DNA from: Octopus vulgaris
Lineage: Eukaryota
Direction: 5' to 3'
DNA length: 64,000 nt
NCBI GenBank assembly: GCA_951406725.2
Contig: OX597814.1
Location: 119,970,001 to 120,034,000, forward strand
Part shown: piece by piece, positions 25,100 to 39,243 of the stretch
Numbering within the stretch: position 1 is the stretch's first letter
How the letters are laid out: each line of letters begins with the position of its first letter
Position numbers and translations under genes: made by a program
The notes under the pieces: generated by a model
Seen by the model: only the letters and a program-made list of their open reading frames with translations
Databases searched by the model: none
What the model was told of the DNA's origin: nothing

Positions 25100-27345
25100 T
25101 ATACTCAGGCCAATTAAGGGGAACAACACATTTGACTACTTCTTCACAAATAATGTGGACCTTGTACATAACGTGAAGATGACGCCAACAGCACTCTTAG
25201 ATGACTGTATTTTTAAGAATTAACTATGTATGGTCCCGCTCGAACTGCTGGTGTCTACCATATCAGGAGAACTCAAACATTTTCCAGCCTGAGTTTCTGT
25301 AATGCAAAATGGGAATCAATCCGCAAAGAGTTCCACAAACGAAACTGGTCCAACGTTCTATGTATGCAAGACATTGAATTGAAACCCCACCACTTTATGT
25401 TAACATTTTAAGCTATATGCACTAAATATACTCCAGAATGAAAAGCCTGCACACTGACAAACATGATTCACAGTCACAGAAACGTCCTTATGAAACGAAT
25501 GTCGATGGTCTCAAAGTAGCTGAGTAGGCAACTAAAGGATAGGGAGAAGTCTATTTTAATACGCACACTGCTAGAAATCGAAAGGCAAGAAAAAAATCTC
25601 TCACGAAAGGGAAAGAGCAGAGAGAGGGAGAAAGAGAAAGAGAGGAGAAGAGAAGAAAACTGTTGAAAGCATGATGACAAATCCCAAAGTTCTCTATAAA
25701 TTCGCAAATGAAACAGCCACAATAAAATATAAAATAGGATTATTTTGCAAAAGAAATGACTCACTGACAGCGTACTCAGGAAGAAGTTAGATGCTCTGAA
25801 CAATTTTAAAATGTCTTCAATTCCCCCCTTGGATACATGCAGATAAAAATCCGCCTGAATTCTTTAATATTGTAGCTCTAAAGAAGGAGGTGCTAGACAA
25901 TGATTACATCAGCATTGAGGATAACAACGGGCATAAATGAAATGAACTCAAGCTTCGAAACTGCTTCTGATGACTTTCTAATTATTCTGAAGTAAAATTA
26001 GCAGGCCTTGGTGAAACCTCTTCAGATACTTTAGCGAAGTTTCCTTGCAAGTGGTAAACTTCCGAAAAAGCTAAAACAAGGCATTGCGTGCCTTATCCAC
26101 AAAGGTGGGAGCAGAGCAGAGGCCAAAGACTACAAGCCAATCTCTCTAACTTCACATATCAGTAAAGTCATGGAGCAAATCATCAGAAAGAATTTCATAA
26201 TGTTCCTAGAATAAAATGACCTACTGAACAATACACAGCATGGCTTCCGTCCAGGACGAATCTGCCCCACATAACTTCAACAGCACTATGACTTAGTTTT
26301 GAAACAGCTGCTGGACCACTTGTTAGCGTGATATACCTAGACTTTGCAAAGGCATTTGATAAGGTAGATCACGGCATGATATATCATAAGGTACGAGACC
26401 TTGGCATTGCTGGTAAACTTGGAAACCCAAATCATAAGCGGCATCCCCCTAGGGAAGTGTCCTGGTGCCATTACTGTTCATAATAACCATCTTAGACATG
26501 TGCACGGTCATTTGGACAGCTACTGTCACTAGCTATGCCGATGATACAAAATTATCACAAGCAATAAAAAAACCAAGATGACATCGTAAGATTACATCGA
26601 GAACTGAATTCGATATACAAATGGGCCGAAATAAACAACATGCAGTTTAGTATACAGGACCGGAAAGCACTGCAATCCCAATGTTACAGGCACTCAAAGA
26701 TTTGGGGGTCAGTATGTAAAATGACGCATCATTTTATATGCACATTATAAAGATGGTAGCAAAGTTCAGGCAACTGGCAGGATGGATACTGATGTTCTTC
26801 AAGATAAAATACCAAGAAACTATTTTGACCCTGTGGAGATACTTTGTTCTCAGCTGTCTGGACTACTACTCCCAGTTATGGTCGCCGCCAAATTAACCAC
26901 AGAGCTTGAAGCAGTTCAATGCCACTACACTAAAAAGACTGAAACAGTGCAGCGGATGAGCTACAGGGATAGGCTGAGAAAACTGCCACTTTACTCCCTG
27001 GTGCGATGGCGTCAGAGATATACAATAGTCTATATATGGAAAACTCTAGAAGGGCTAGTACCTAACTTTGCCTTTGAATGTTATACAAATGCCAGAACTT
27101 GCCGCCATTATATTGTACCAACGATACCATCCACTCGATCTAAATTCAGTACCAGGTATTACAAATCTAAAATTCAGAGGCCCACAGCTCTTCACTGACC
27201 AACCAGAAAATTAAGAATTCTGCATAAGGTGGAAGTAGTTGTCTTCATAAAAGAACTAGAAATCCCCTCTCCACAATATCGAATGAACCAACAGCTCAAC
27301 ATGAGGTGCAGACGAAGGCAACGGAATCAAAGTCTCTTATACATG
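25100..27345 (+). mobile_element. Decayed CR1/L2-group LINE ORF2 (same family as the 14686 fragment)
   Basis: IHKGGSRAEAKDYKPISLTSHISKVMEQI, QHGFRPGR, IYLDFAKAFDKVDHG, SYADDTK, ELEAVQCHYTK, LYSLVRWRQRY. Confidence 0.9.
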
Positions 27346-27579
27346 AAATGGACCAAGAGCTAGGACAAAGGCACATACAAGAGTGGTGATGTGAAACACC
27401 CCAGACTGAAGAAATGAGAAGGACCACCGTGATGTTGCAACGTGACCGCATTCACATGGTTGAAACGAATAAAAGTGTAAAGGAGTATCAACACAACGTT
27501 AATGGAAAAGCACTTGAAAGACTAGTGAAAACTTGTGGATACCGAAGATAAATAGCCACGTAAATATATTATTCCTCTT

Positions 27580-28200
27580 ATGTTAGTCGCCGTTCTACTG
27601 CCCTGGCTATACATACAGAACAAATTCCATCAGTTGATATATTTTGAAATGCTCCAGGGAGATCTTGTGTAACGATGTATTTTTTATTATATAATGTAAT
27701 CATTTGAATCATACGTTTTATATGATTTGAAAATATCATTTGATTTGCCGTATTATAACCTACAGGGTGTTCAAACAACATTTGAGACTTAAAACATAGA
27801 ACACAAAACACAATATTCCAATATTGCCGCTGTCGATCGGTCATAAGACGATTCCGGGAACTGGAGCATAAGTTCGTCACTGAGTGACTGGGAATTCTAA
27901 TGAAGACATCCTTAACTTTAGCATCCAAATCCACATTGAATATTAACGGAAGATTGGTTGCTGTCATTCTAAACAGAACCCAACAAACAGTTATCTTTGG
28001 ATTTACAATTGTGAGAATTAGAAAACCAGAAATTGAGGCTGCTGAAGTCGTAGAAATTTTCTAAGAACTAATTCTGTTTCCAAAGGAATTGAAGAGCAGA
28101 ATCCTGCTGCCACACGTACAGAACTTCTGCAGCAACCCTTTCCAGCAGCTTTATATAGCCATCTGAATTGATCCTAAGTACTTGTATAATGTGGGGCTAC
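27580..28200 (-). mobile_element. Highly decayed RNase H-containing LINE fragment (I/Nimb-like by inference)
   Basis: Ordered remnants on the minus strand: NSDGY..VAAEV (TDGS), SSIPLETEL (S.F.AEL), FLVF/SNS (FSDS), VFIRIPSH (F.WIPSH). Confidence 0.45.
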
Positions 28201-29199
28201 CTGACGTTTCTCTTACTGGAGACACGCTAAAAGAACATTACAATGCCTACGGGCCACAATTCCATAGTCACCGTTGTAGCTATCTATGCCACATCATGCA
28301 TCTTTTATAGCGTACACAGAGCAGCAGCAGAGTAGCAGTCATGATATCAGCATTTTGAGACCCGGCGCCTATCAATCTGATACAGGTAATTCTTCCCCAA
28401 TATTCTGAGGGTTTCCAACTAACGCTTTTTTAACTGCAACACGAATTTTATGCTCTTCAATGCCACTGGAAAGTGGCAACGTATTTAAATTTCAAAAGCG
28501 ATAAACAACAGGTGTACTACAGGAGAAACAGAACTACAAAAACGACGAAACAGTAAGATAAAAATAATTTCCGTTTTAAATTAAATGGGAAAAAGCAATT
28601 GAATTTATCTAACTACCCGATTATATATAAAGGTATGTATGCATGTATGCATGTATGTATGTATGTATGTATGTATCTATGTATGTATGTATGTATGTAT
28701 GTATGCATGTATGTATGTATGTATGTGTGTGTGTTATGCGTATGTATGTATGTTTATCTACGTATGTGAGAGAGTGAGTGCGTGCATGAATATATATATA
28801 TATATATATAATTTGTGTGCATGTATCTAACTCTCTATCTAGGTACACACACGTGCGTGCGCGTGTGCGTGTGCACATGTGTATGAATGTATGTAGGCCC
28901 TATTATCTGTTTTGTTTTAGAGTATTTCATCATCTTTGATGTCAATAGCTATTCCACTAAGTCGGTAAGTTAATACATTTTATTTTTCTTTGCTTTTGCC
29001 GTTCTTTTATCAGGAATTTAGTTTGGGTATTGCATTTTGCACCAGAAATACACTGACGTGTCAAAGTGGCTATCTTTGTGTTATTCTGAAATCGTTCCAT
29101 CTTATGTTCAGCTTTCTTTAGAGTTTCTTACTACTGCATCGCTGAGTAATGTTCACCTGTTATTAATGTTATACTAGCAGCAAGTACAATTTGAAGCGG

Positions 29200-29483
29200 A
29201 GGAATTTCAACCATGTTTCGTGGCCTGCTACCACAACAGCTCCTTTATAGGATCCAGTTAGTTCAAGATATCATCAAAAGGAACCACGTCCGGTTTCGGC
29301 TCCTACTTCTCTTCCGTTTTGACGTGGCGCCCTCACCCTTTCGGAGGTGTCCTCAGCTTTGGTGTTGAGTGCATGTCTTCATTCTCCTCCATTGTTCTGT
29401 TCCCTGGCCTCTTCGATGTAGCGTGAAACGAGAGTCAGCTCCAGCAGTCAACCCCCAGCAAGTTGTCACGTGACACTGTCTAA
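29200..29483 (-). repeat. Dispersed repeat, partial copy of the 59059-59479 element
   Basis: ggaatttcaa.catgtttcgtgg...ccacaacagctcctttataggatccagttag...gttgtcacgtgacactgtctaaact is shared with 59109-59432. Confidence 0.85.
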
Positions 29484-29879
29484 ACTAATATGTAATAGGT
29501 TATTTGCAAATAAAACATAATATAATCCCTCTATTCTGTTACCCAATAAAATTATAAGTGAGAATTTAAGTCAATATCAAAATGCTTTTGATCATATGTC
29601 TACAACAAAAGATGTAAGGTTAACCAAAAACGATGTTACTTTTCTTTCATTAATAATATTGGTTTCAAACGTTGACACAAAGCCAGCCATTTCACAGATG
29701 GAGTAACTCGATTTAACGATTCCAGTGCTATACAAAGAAAGGCAAAGTCGATCTTCGCGGATTTTGAACTCGCTGCGAACAATTCTGCCACGTTGCTGCC
29801 TCATGGATTGATTTCAAATTTCAGCACAAGGCCAGTAACTATGCAGATGGATGTAAGTAGATTGCATCGCTGCCAACGT

Positions 29880-30000
29880 TTAAGTTGCACTTGTTTTATC
29901 GACTGCGAAAAGATGAAACGCAAAGTCGACTTAGGTGGAATTTGAACGCAGATGGTAATGGCTGACGAATCGTCGCTAAGCATTCTGTCAGCTCACCGCC
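29880..30000 (-). mobile_element. Decayed SINE fragment (family starting GGCGGCGAGCTGGCAGAA)
   Basis: Minus strand ggcggtgagctgacagaatgcttagcg...gttcaaattccacctaagtcgactttgc. Confidence 0.65.
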
Positions 30001-30189
30001 CCATTTGCTATAAATAATATCAATTTTTTATACATAACCACCATATCATATATTGTAAAAAACAAATATATTATTGATATATAAGCCAACGCCTGAGTAG
30101 TTCATATTTTGTCGATTGCAAGAGTACAAATACAGTGAATAGTGTCCCGGAGTGGGCCCATATATATTATAACTAATATATATATATAT

Positions 30190-30359
30190 GTCCTCTACCA
30201 TCATCACTACAAGAACTGGAGAGTGTTTTAGCTGAAGAATGGACAAAATTTCCTTTGGAAACAATTCAGACTTAGTACGAGTTCTTCGTAGAATTCAAGC
30301 TGTAATTAATGCCAAAAGTGGTCCTACTCCATATTAAAATAAATTTGTTTGAAATTTTA
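30190..30359 (+). mobile_element. Extra 3' fragment of the adjacent Tc1 family
   Basis: ccatcatcactacaagaactggagag...aaataaatttgtttgaaatttta matches about 31370-31538. Confidence 0.85.
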
Positions 30360-30372
30360 TATATATATATAT

Positions 30373-31568
30373 GAGCGGTTGGGCAAAATAATGCAAACAC
30401 ATAGCATCATAATTTTGAGATATCTATAAAACCGTCAAAAGGTTCTTTATTTTTATGCATTTTGATTTATGATTAGTGGTGCTTAATATATTTTGCTAAC
30501 ATTGCTGTTTCTTATCAGACATCGTCAGAAAAAGGTAATTATTTTTTTTAAATGACAGATTTATCGTAGTTTCAAACAGGTTAAATAGTTGGTGCTCGTA
30601 TGGCAGGCGCTAGCATAACAAAAAAGACAGCCGAATCTTTTGGTGTATCAAAAAGTACTGTCTCGAAAGTAATGACAGCTTTTGAAAAAGAGGAAAAACA
30701 AAACTCGGAGGTAAACCAAAACTTTCAGATAGGGACCATCGTACTCTTACGCGAATTTTTAGAAAGGATCACAAAAGTACAGCTCTCAAAATTACTGCAG
30801 CGCTTAATGACCACCTCGAGAAACCAGTTTCCACAAAAACTGTTCGCCGGGTGCTGCACAAACTCGGATTTCCCGAGTGGGCTGCAATAAGAAAACCACT
30901 ACTTTCAATCAAAAACAAGTGGTAAAATGTTATTTTCTCGCAAGATCATCCTTTACCTTATTTCCGATCATCGGTCTAGTATACGTATAGAGACAGCCAA
31001 AAGAAGCACTTGAGCCAGACTGCCTTTTTTCCAACTGTTAAACATGGAGGAGTACCTTTGATGATCTGAGGCGCTATATCTTGGAAATCCGCCGGCCCAG
31101 TGGTTTCCCTTCATGGCAAGATTAATAGTCAAGACTATTTAAGCAATTTTATGTGATCAAATTCATCCTATGTTTGTGAAACTATTTCCGGCGGAAACCG
31201 CAATGTTTCAGGATGATAATGCACCAATTCACACAGCTAGATTTTGTTACTGAATGGCACGAGGAACATTCAAGTGAAGTTGAACATCTTATCTGTCCGC
31301 CACAATCCCCAGATCTCAATATTATTGAACGCTTATTGTGCATTTTAGAAAAACAAGGAGCCGATATTCTCCACCATCATCACTACAAGAACTGGAGACT
31401 GTTTTAGCTGAATAATGGACAAAAGTTTCTTTGGAAACAATTCAAACTTTGTACTAGTCCGTACCTAGTAGAATTCAAGCTGGAATTACTGCCAAAGCGG
31501 TCCTACCCCATATTGAAATAAATTTGTTTGAAATTTTAAGGTGTTTCAATTATTCTGTCCAACCCATG
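30373..31568 (+). mobile_element. Near full-length decayed Tc1 (DD34E-type) transposon
   Basis: TIRs ggttgggcaaaataatgcaaacac / gtgtttcaattattctgtccaacc, flanked by TA. Transposase remnants MTDLS*FQTG*IVGARMAGASITK..FGVSKSTVSKV, PTVKHGG, FQDDNAPIH, PPQSPDLNIIE (about 30552-31516). Confidence 0.92.
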
Positions 31569-32199
31569 TATATATATGTGCGCGTGTGTATTTATGTGGG
31601 CACCAGTGCACGGGTGTCTGAGTATGTGTGTGTGCACATGTGCATGTATATGTGTGTGTGTATATATATTTTGCTTTAAAAAATTCTTGATGTCAAATCG
31701 AGTTTTTTAATCAGGTATTGTTATACTTGGGGATGATTATATTTTGGCAGTTAAACATACACACAATACATATGCTCCATGAAATGATTAATAACACCCA
31801 CCTCCACCACATTATCAAACCTGACAACTAAAGACAGAATGAGAAGGAAAAAGGACACAGACAAACAATATTTTACATACGCGCATATTCACACACGCAA
31901 GATACACATACACATACACAATGAAATTGGAGAAAAATATATATATAAAAGACACGGGTACGAAGATTGTAGTAAAGAAACACATATGCATCTATACAAT
32001 ACAAATATAATAAACACACATGCACACATATACACATTCAGTTACAGATGCATGATCAGACAGGGATACATACCAAAGAAAGACAAAATGGAATACGTAA
32101 GAGAATAGGACACAGTTTGGGTAGAGTGTGGCTGAAGAAGTCACAGGATGTGCTACGAAGGGTCTTTGACTAAGAAACTAATATAACAATAATATAACT

Positions 32200-32950
32200 T
32201 GAGTGATGACCAAATATAAAATGCGTACGTTTACTTGGTAAAATGTGAGTATTCTGAAGCTTAACAAATTCGATGATGAAATCGTCAACCGTCTTGCAAA
32301 GGCAACCAACACATTTGTCCAACTCCGTCATTGCCCATTGAATGAAAGGGGCATCAAATTTGACACCAAAGTACAGGTCTATAAAGCTGCCATACATACT
32401 ACTCTCTTGTATGGCTAAAGATCGTGGATACCCTATAGACGACACATTAACAAACTAGACATCTTCCACAAAAACTGCCTGAGGGCAATCTGTGGTTATG
32501 CACTAAAAGAGAAAATTTCTAATGCAGGCTTGTTTAGCAAATGTAAAATTAGTGGAATTGAAGGTTTCCTTATACAATCATAATTGCACCGGACTGGCCA
32601 TGTCGTCAACACTACTCATATACAGCCAGCTTGTGTTTGGAGAATGGAATGTTGGGCGAACATGGCTCAGATATAAGGACAGGCTGGACAGTAACCTCTT
32701 AGTGATGAAGATAGCTCACAGCACCTTTGAGCGAACAGCCTTGGTACGAACAAAATGGAGATCATTGTGTCAAAATGGTATTAAAAATGTTGTTGCAACC
32801 AGCATTAACAGGCTTCGAGGTGCAAGGCGAAGAATAAAAGCGGCTGCAAGTATACCACAAACACTGACCTCAAACTTGCAACATTTGTAGCTATCTTTGT
32901 ACATCTTTGGCGAGTTTCAAATGTCACATTCGACATAAGCATTATGAATG
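32200..32950 (+). mobile_element. RTE (BovB-like) LINE 3' fragment
   Basis: DDEIVNRLAKA, GIKFDTKVQVYKA..TLLYG*RSWIPYRRHINKLDIFHKNCLRAI, LVFGE....GRTWLRYKDRL. Confidence 0.85.
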
Positions 32951-34380
32951 ACAACGTAAGAGTATTCTGTTGTGTCTGGGGAGAGTCATTTTCTTTTTGT
33001 GCCTTATAATTTAACACACTCACCGGTAAAATGAGTGTGTTAAAACGAAAATGACTCTCCCCAGACACAACAGAATATGCTTCAACACACGAATTCATAT
33101 AAAGAATCTTGCAAACCAAATCCAAAAACGAAACGTAAGAGTAGCATTACTAAAATTTCTGTACAACAGCAAAGTAATAATATAGATGATATATTGGTTT
33201 CAAATTTTAGCACAATGCCAGCAGCAAAATCGGTGAAGGTGGTAAGTCGATTTCATCAAGTTCTCCTGAGTTCCTGCCCCACACATTTTAGGGATCTTAG
33301 AGTATCTCCATTGGCCTCTGCCACTAGGCACTTTTCACCTCAGCCGTCCTAAATCTACGCCCTCGAGCGACGTAAGTATTGATGTCACAGATAGTTTCCA
33401 AGCACTTTGTATCTTGGGCTTGTCTAACTTACTCTGATTTCCTCGACTTCCATCATATACACTAGTAAAAATTTTAACGAGTTAACGATTCTGTGACGTC
33501 ACCACCTCAATAATATAGATAATTTAATGCTTCTTTTTCGTTCGGTAATTATTATCTTTAAAAACTATATTCTTTAACACTCACTTCAATAGTTTAACTA
33601 GCGTTTCTGAGAACTGGAGAGTAGAGCAAGATTCGAACGAAAGTATAATCTCGTGAGCAATCGTACACTAACCTTGACTTAAACATGAATGCTATAAAAT
33701 TAGTAAAGATAATTTATTTATAACTAAGAACAAAATTTTCTAAATATAGCTTCTCGTGCGACTGCCCCTTCGGCAGTAACTATACGGGCTTTTCTCCAAC
33801 AGACATCCAATACAAATATACCAATTTCAAAATGAATTATGTACTTAACAGTCCTCTATAAACTTTCAACACCCTTACATACTCACCAAAGCAACCACGG
33901 AATTTCTGCTAATTAATATGACGTTATTTGATTTATTTTATTTAGTTAACATTGATGCCTACATTGGCCTTCAATCCATGAGAACAATGGAAATCTGGCC
34001 ATAATTCTTGAAGATGAGAGAAGACCAGACAGTTCAAAAGAACATGAGTTTTGTATTATTACCGGTAGAACGGTAATGTAGGAAATCAGCAAGCGGTGGT
34101 GAAAAGGTTGCAGTGTATTAGTGAGGAATATAATTGCAATCAATCAAACTGGTTTTCTGTCCCCGCGCTAAAGATGTTACACTAAAGATGTTGCGTGCCA
34201 CGCCTATGTAAGGTTAGAATCTGTTGGAGTGTGACTAATTTAAATATTATCTAATATATAGCCTACTCGATATCTTCTTTTTTAAATGCCCGAATTATAA
34301 CAATATGGATATTTAAATACAGCCTAATCAAATTCTTTCAAAATAATACATCATTTATCTCCAGCAATCGCTAAAGCAAC

Positions 34381-34550
34381 GTTGTTGTTGTTGTTGTTGT
34401 TGCTCTTCTTCTTCTTCTTCTTCTTCTTCTTCTTCTTCTTCTTCTTCTTCTTCTTCTTCTTCTTGTTTTTTGCTTTCTTTTTCTTCTTCTACTTGTTTTT
34501 TGCTTTCTTTTTCCTCTTCTCCTTTTTTATTTTCGTTTCCCTCTTCATGT
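34381..34550. repeat. Compound trinucleotide microsatellite (GTT)n(CTT)n with a degenerate extension
   Basis: Directly visible. Confidence 0.95.
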
Positions 34551-36508
34551 TTCAAGTTTATTTCTTGTTTTTATTCTTCCACTTTAATATTTTCCTCCTA
34601 TTCTTATTATTAACATTGTATATTATTCTGTTTCATCTTAATCGCGGTCGTTGTCGTCGTCGTCGTCATCATTATCTTGGCATTTTGACTTTGTTCTTTC
34701 TGCACCTCACCATCTACTTTAATCAGCCCCCCCCCCCATTTCCTCCTTTTTTATTTTCTTCCTATCCGTTTTATTCATTACACAAAAACAAAGCAACTAT
34801 TTTTTGCTTTCTTTGCATTTACCCCATTTGTTCGTTGTAAATATTTCTGTATCATTTGTCCCTTTTTTTATTGCCTTTCATTTTTCAATAATGTCATCGT
34901 TTTGGAAACGTTCGTTAGTAGTGTCTAATCAGGCACAAGAAACAATAATTAATTAGAGCTAATGCAATATTTATGATCAAAGAAAAAAAGACTTATTAAT
35001 AATTTCAATAATTCAGTGTAGGCCTGGCTAGATCTGATGAATTGGACAGAAATCGGAAGGAAAATGTGTTAAATCGACAAAAGTGGTGGGGGAAAAAGAA
35101 AGTATCGAAATTTGCATTTACTATATCAAATTACGGATTTGGCTGTTTGTTTATTTCTTCTATTTCCAGATGAATTAATTTCATATTGATCAGAGATAAA
35201 TTTCATAGAACTAATAATGTGACGTGTGTTGATACTGAATTTTCGCACGTTAACACATGAAACAGACTGAGAAAAATCGTGGCACTTTCTAATCTGAAAC
35301 AATTATTATATTCCGTGGTGAAAAAACAACAGAAGCTAAAAGAAAAAAAATATGCAAATAAATAACTATAATAATCTGTGTTAGCATGCTATGCTGAGCC
35401 GATTTTCTTAGTTTATCGTGTGATTATAGGGAAACAATTAGAAATAAATTATAATGGATTAAAATATTGCTTGCATTTAATAATCAACAGCTCTGATCTA
35501 TAGTGGGAGAGAAACACAGGAAGCGGAAATCGAATCGGATATATTGCTTGCTTCGCGTCTACTAGAAATATAAGCGAAATCCCCTTTGTAGCAGTCTGTG
35601 CTTTCTTACGTAAGAAGCACATTAGTCAATTTCGTGTAAGATTTTGATAAAGCAAACAGTATGATTGAGGCTAGAAGACTTTCACCATGTCTCTGTTCTT
35701 AAGCGTCAAACCGGCATTTGGCAACAATAAATATATGAGATCCGTCAAAAATGGCTTTTATATACCAGAGTGACGGGTCTAGAAAAAAGTAAAACACAGA
35801 AATTTGATTACCATTAATCAACGATAAAACACCAACCAACTGAGAGATAAAATATTTGAGAACCAGAAACCCACTTCGACCGATGTAAACACTAGTTATT
35901 AGAATTCGAGCACATAGTTTCCGGTATTTAAAGACTACAGAGATCGAATTAGCATCTTAGCATCTTAGTAAAGCTATGTGTTGATAGGCAAAATCATCAA
36001 TAATTGCAAGGATTAGAGTAGAATCAGTGAGAATTAGTAAAGAAATAGCGATAATGTACAGTAGACTCGATTGGGAATTAATGACCAAAATAAAAGAGCC
36101 GATTAAGTAAGGCATCGTGACTGACATTCTAGTGGGAGAATCCCCTTTGGTCATTTCTCCAACACAAAACACTAAGGGTACATTGCTGGAGTTAACACAT
36201 GTGCTACACGAAACGAAGGAATGAAAACCATTCGGTAGATAAGGATGGCAGAGCAACACATCTGTTTTTGATAGACCAGAATTGAGATGTGTTACTCGAT
36301 TCCAAGCAGTTATGTGCAATTTTCTATCGGCATTTTGTTCACCTATTCACGACAAGTAGGTGGATGTAGAAATTCTGCAGTTGCTTTGTCTTCAATAGGC
36401 TGCTGCAAATCTCGGAAATAAATGCTTTGTTTTCCAAAATCCCAATAAAAAGACTAAGATAAGGCATGAGATACCTTGTTGTATACCATGCAGGTCACTT
36501 TGTCTTAA

Positions 36509-36549
<41 letters not shown>

Positions 36550-36619
36550 ATGTATGCATGCATGTATGTATATATATATATATACATACTTATATGCAAG
36601 TATATATATATATGCGTGT

Positions 36620-36845
36620 GTCTTTCAGTGTGTGTTTGTGTCACTTACCACCGCTCGAGAAACGATGTTCGGTTGTTTACATCCCCGTAATCTAGCAGTA
36701 TGGGAAAACGACTCGATAGAATAAGTACCTGGCATTAGAAAATATACGGGTTTGATGTCTTCACCTAAGCCTTTCAAGTCGGTGCCCCAGCACGGCTGCA
36801 GTCCAATGACTGAAAGAAGTAAGAGATAAAAAACAAAAGATAAAA
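36620..36845 (+). mobile_element. 3' half of the microsatellite-containing octopus-type SINE
   Basis: gtttacatccccgtaa...gatagaataagtac...ggtgccccagcacggctgcagtccaatgactgaaa.aagtaa, homologous to 46460-46659. Confidence 0.8.
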
Positions 36846-36907
36846 CACACACATATACAAGTTGAGCCCAAAATTCAAGCTACTGTGCAGTATATTTGTA
36901 TGCATTA

Positions 36908-37472
36908 CGGTGGCGTTCTGGAAGAAACGTTAGCATGCCTGGCAAAATGCTTTGCGTATTTCGTCAGTCTTTACGTTCTGAGTTAAAATTCCACCGAGGT
37001 CGACTTTGCCTTTTATCCTTTCGGGGTCGATAAATTAAGTACCAGCTACGTACTGAGGTCGATTTAACCGACTTGCTCATTTTCCCCAAAACGTTGGGCC
37101 TTGGGCTTAGAATAGAAAATAATATTTCGTCTGTCTTTACGTTCAGAGTTAAAATTCTGCAGAGGTCGACTTTGCATTTCATTCATTCGGGATTGATAAA
37201 TTAAGTACCAGTTGCGTACTGGAGTCAATCTAATCGACTGGCCCTCTCCCCAAACATTTCGGGCCTTGTGACTAGAGGAGAAAAGAATCATTAGCACGCC
37301 GGGAAAAATGCTTAGCAGTATTTAGTCAGTCTTTAACCCATGAATTCATATTCCACCGAGGTCTTTCGCACTTCGAAGTTGATAACATGATCACCAGGCT
37401 AGCGCCGGGTTCAATTTAATCAATTTACCCCTCGCCTGAAACTGTTAACCTTGTGCCAGAAAGTAAAACCAA
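36908..37472 (+). mobile_element. Head-to-tail array of three SINE units (GGCGGCGAGCTGGCAGAA family)
   Basis: The unit 'tttcgtc.gtctttacgttc.gagtt.aaattc...gaggtcgactttgc...gataaattaagtaccag...gggccttg' recurs at about 36960, 37125 and 37320. Confidence 0.8.
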
Positions 37473-38323
37473 TATATTTGTATATAATAGATGGTACAAA
37501 AATATTGAATGTGTGTATGGATGTGCGTACATCTATATGTTCGTTTTGCAAAACCTGCAGTATTTTACCAATATTTCCAAGTAACTTTTCGAATATATAT
37601 TTCCAGACTGGTCTAAAACCAAGCAGTTTATAGCACAAACATCGCCTTTCATTTCAGGGAACGGAAACTCGCTATTTTATTCCGTAAAATTTATACAACA
37701 AAATGTCTTCTTTTTTTATTAAATATATATCCTTATTTTAATCATTTTCTTTCGCGTTAATGTATCAGTGAAATTGCTTTCTGTTTAAAGAAATTAAACG
37801 TGTACTATCTCCCTGTACATGTTCCGTGTATTGCTGAGACACGGAGAATGCGAAGAAACGTGAAAACAAAAACAAATTTGTATTATTATCAGTCATACAC
37901 ACAAGCGTATATCGAACTCGAGAAAGTAGGCCAGTAGAAATAAAGTTGCTGAACTTGAGAGATAAAACTCAAAAAACAATATATGCATCATTTACTGATC
38001 GAAATGTTACATGAAACTATAAACAGGATATACGCCATTAATAAAACAGAGTATGCATGCATATAAAGTTATGTGTGTGTCTGTGCGCGCACTCGTCTGC
38101 GTTTGTGTGATTCTGAGCGCGTATATGTGTATTTGTGCGAATGGATGTTTATCATTACCCATGTATGGTGATTTTCCTATATGAGAGACTGCTTGTGTAT
38201 TTCTTGTGTAGTGTGAAGCAAAGTTATTGCATTTCCATAATATATGTTTGATCGGCCGTAACTCATTCCACGTGATTTTATTACTCTGCAAGAAAATGTG
38301 ATATAAACCATTGACATTCACCG

Positions 38324-38381
<58 letters not shown>

Positions 38382-38943
38382 CGCGCGTGTATGTATGTAT
38401 ATAACAGTCACATATATTCTTTCATTATATTCTTCACTCTGAGGAATGTTTAATTCAAAATACTGTTATATGACCTCCTTCTATGCTTAGATTATTTCCA
38501 GTGCATTAAAAACCGGAAATATTTAAAAGCCTGGTTCAGTTCATTTACCTGTTACTATGCTAAGAAGATCGTTTCTGGAATATAATGTACGTTTTTTTTT
38601 TGTTTAAATTCAGTAACTTTAAGAATAGTCTTTATATCCACACATTTTGATGAAAATGTATATTTTAATGATGTAGAAGTAGAGACGGTTATGCTGTTAG
38701 GCTTCTCTATTATAATTGTAATCAGTTTGAAAAAAGTACAGAAAAAATTAGCATATAATGTGTGATGAGGAAAGCTCTACGTATGTAACAGCCACATCTC
38801 ATACATATCTCCTACAATGTCCATGCTACATTTTTTAAAAACAGATTTACTGAAGATTTTTGTCCAGTATATAATATGCTTGAAAAGAAGTTGGGAGTGT
38901 AAAATGGGGAATCCGATCGATGATAAGTCCGCTTCGTCTACGC

Positions 38944-39243
38944 CAGGGGTCCCCAACTTTATTTTGTTTGTGGACCCCCTGAGAGCTATCTTATTATCTG
39001 TGGGCCCCATATATATACACATGTAAATTTGTGATATAAAATATTTGTTTGTAGGTTAGTCAAAACTAACAATGAAACAATTTCGTTATATTCATAACAT
39101 AAATTCCAAATACAAATCTTGAAAATTTCAATAAAAATAGGCACCTCTCCCAGTAAGCAAAATTTATATATGGACACACAAATTACAATGTTTTACTTGT
39201 GGATCCCCTGAAAACTTCTGTGGACCCGGGTTGGGAACCCTTG
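38944..39243. mobile_element. hAT (Charlie-like) MITE
   Basis: TIRs CAGGGGTCCCCAAC / GTTGGGAACCCTTG. 8-bp TSD gtctacgc at 38936-38943 and 39244-39251. Confidence 0.9.

Noticed and set aside
33946-34073. Candidate exon (tttag acceptor, downstream GT donors)
   Set aside because: All three frames contain stops and there are no partner exons.
35957-36420. 120-aa ORF / possible very old RTE RT on the minus strand
   Set aside because: Only vague motif echoes; cannot be supported without a profile search.
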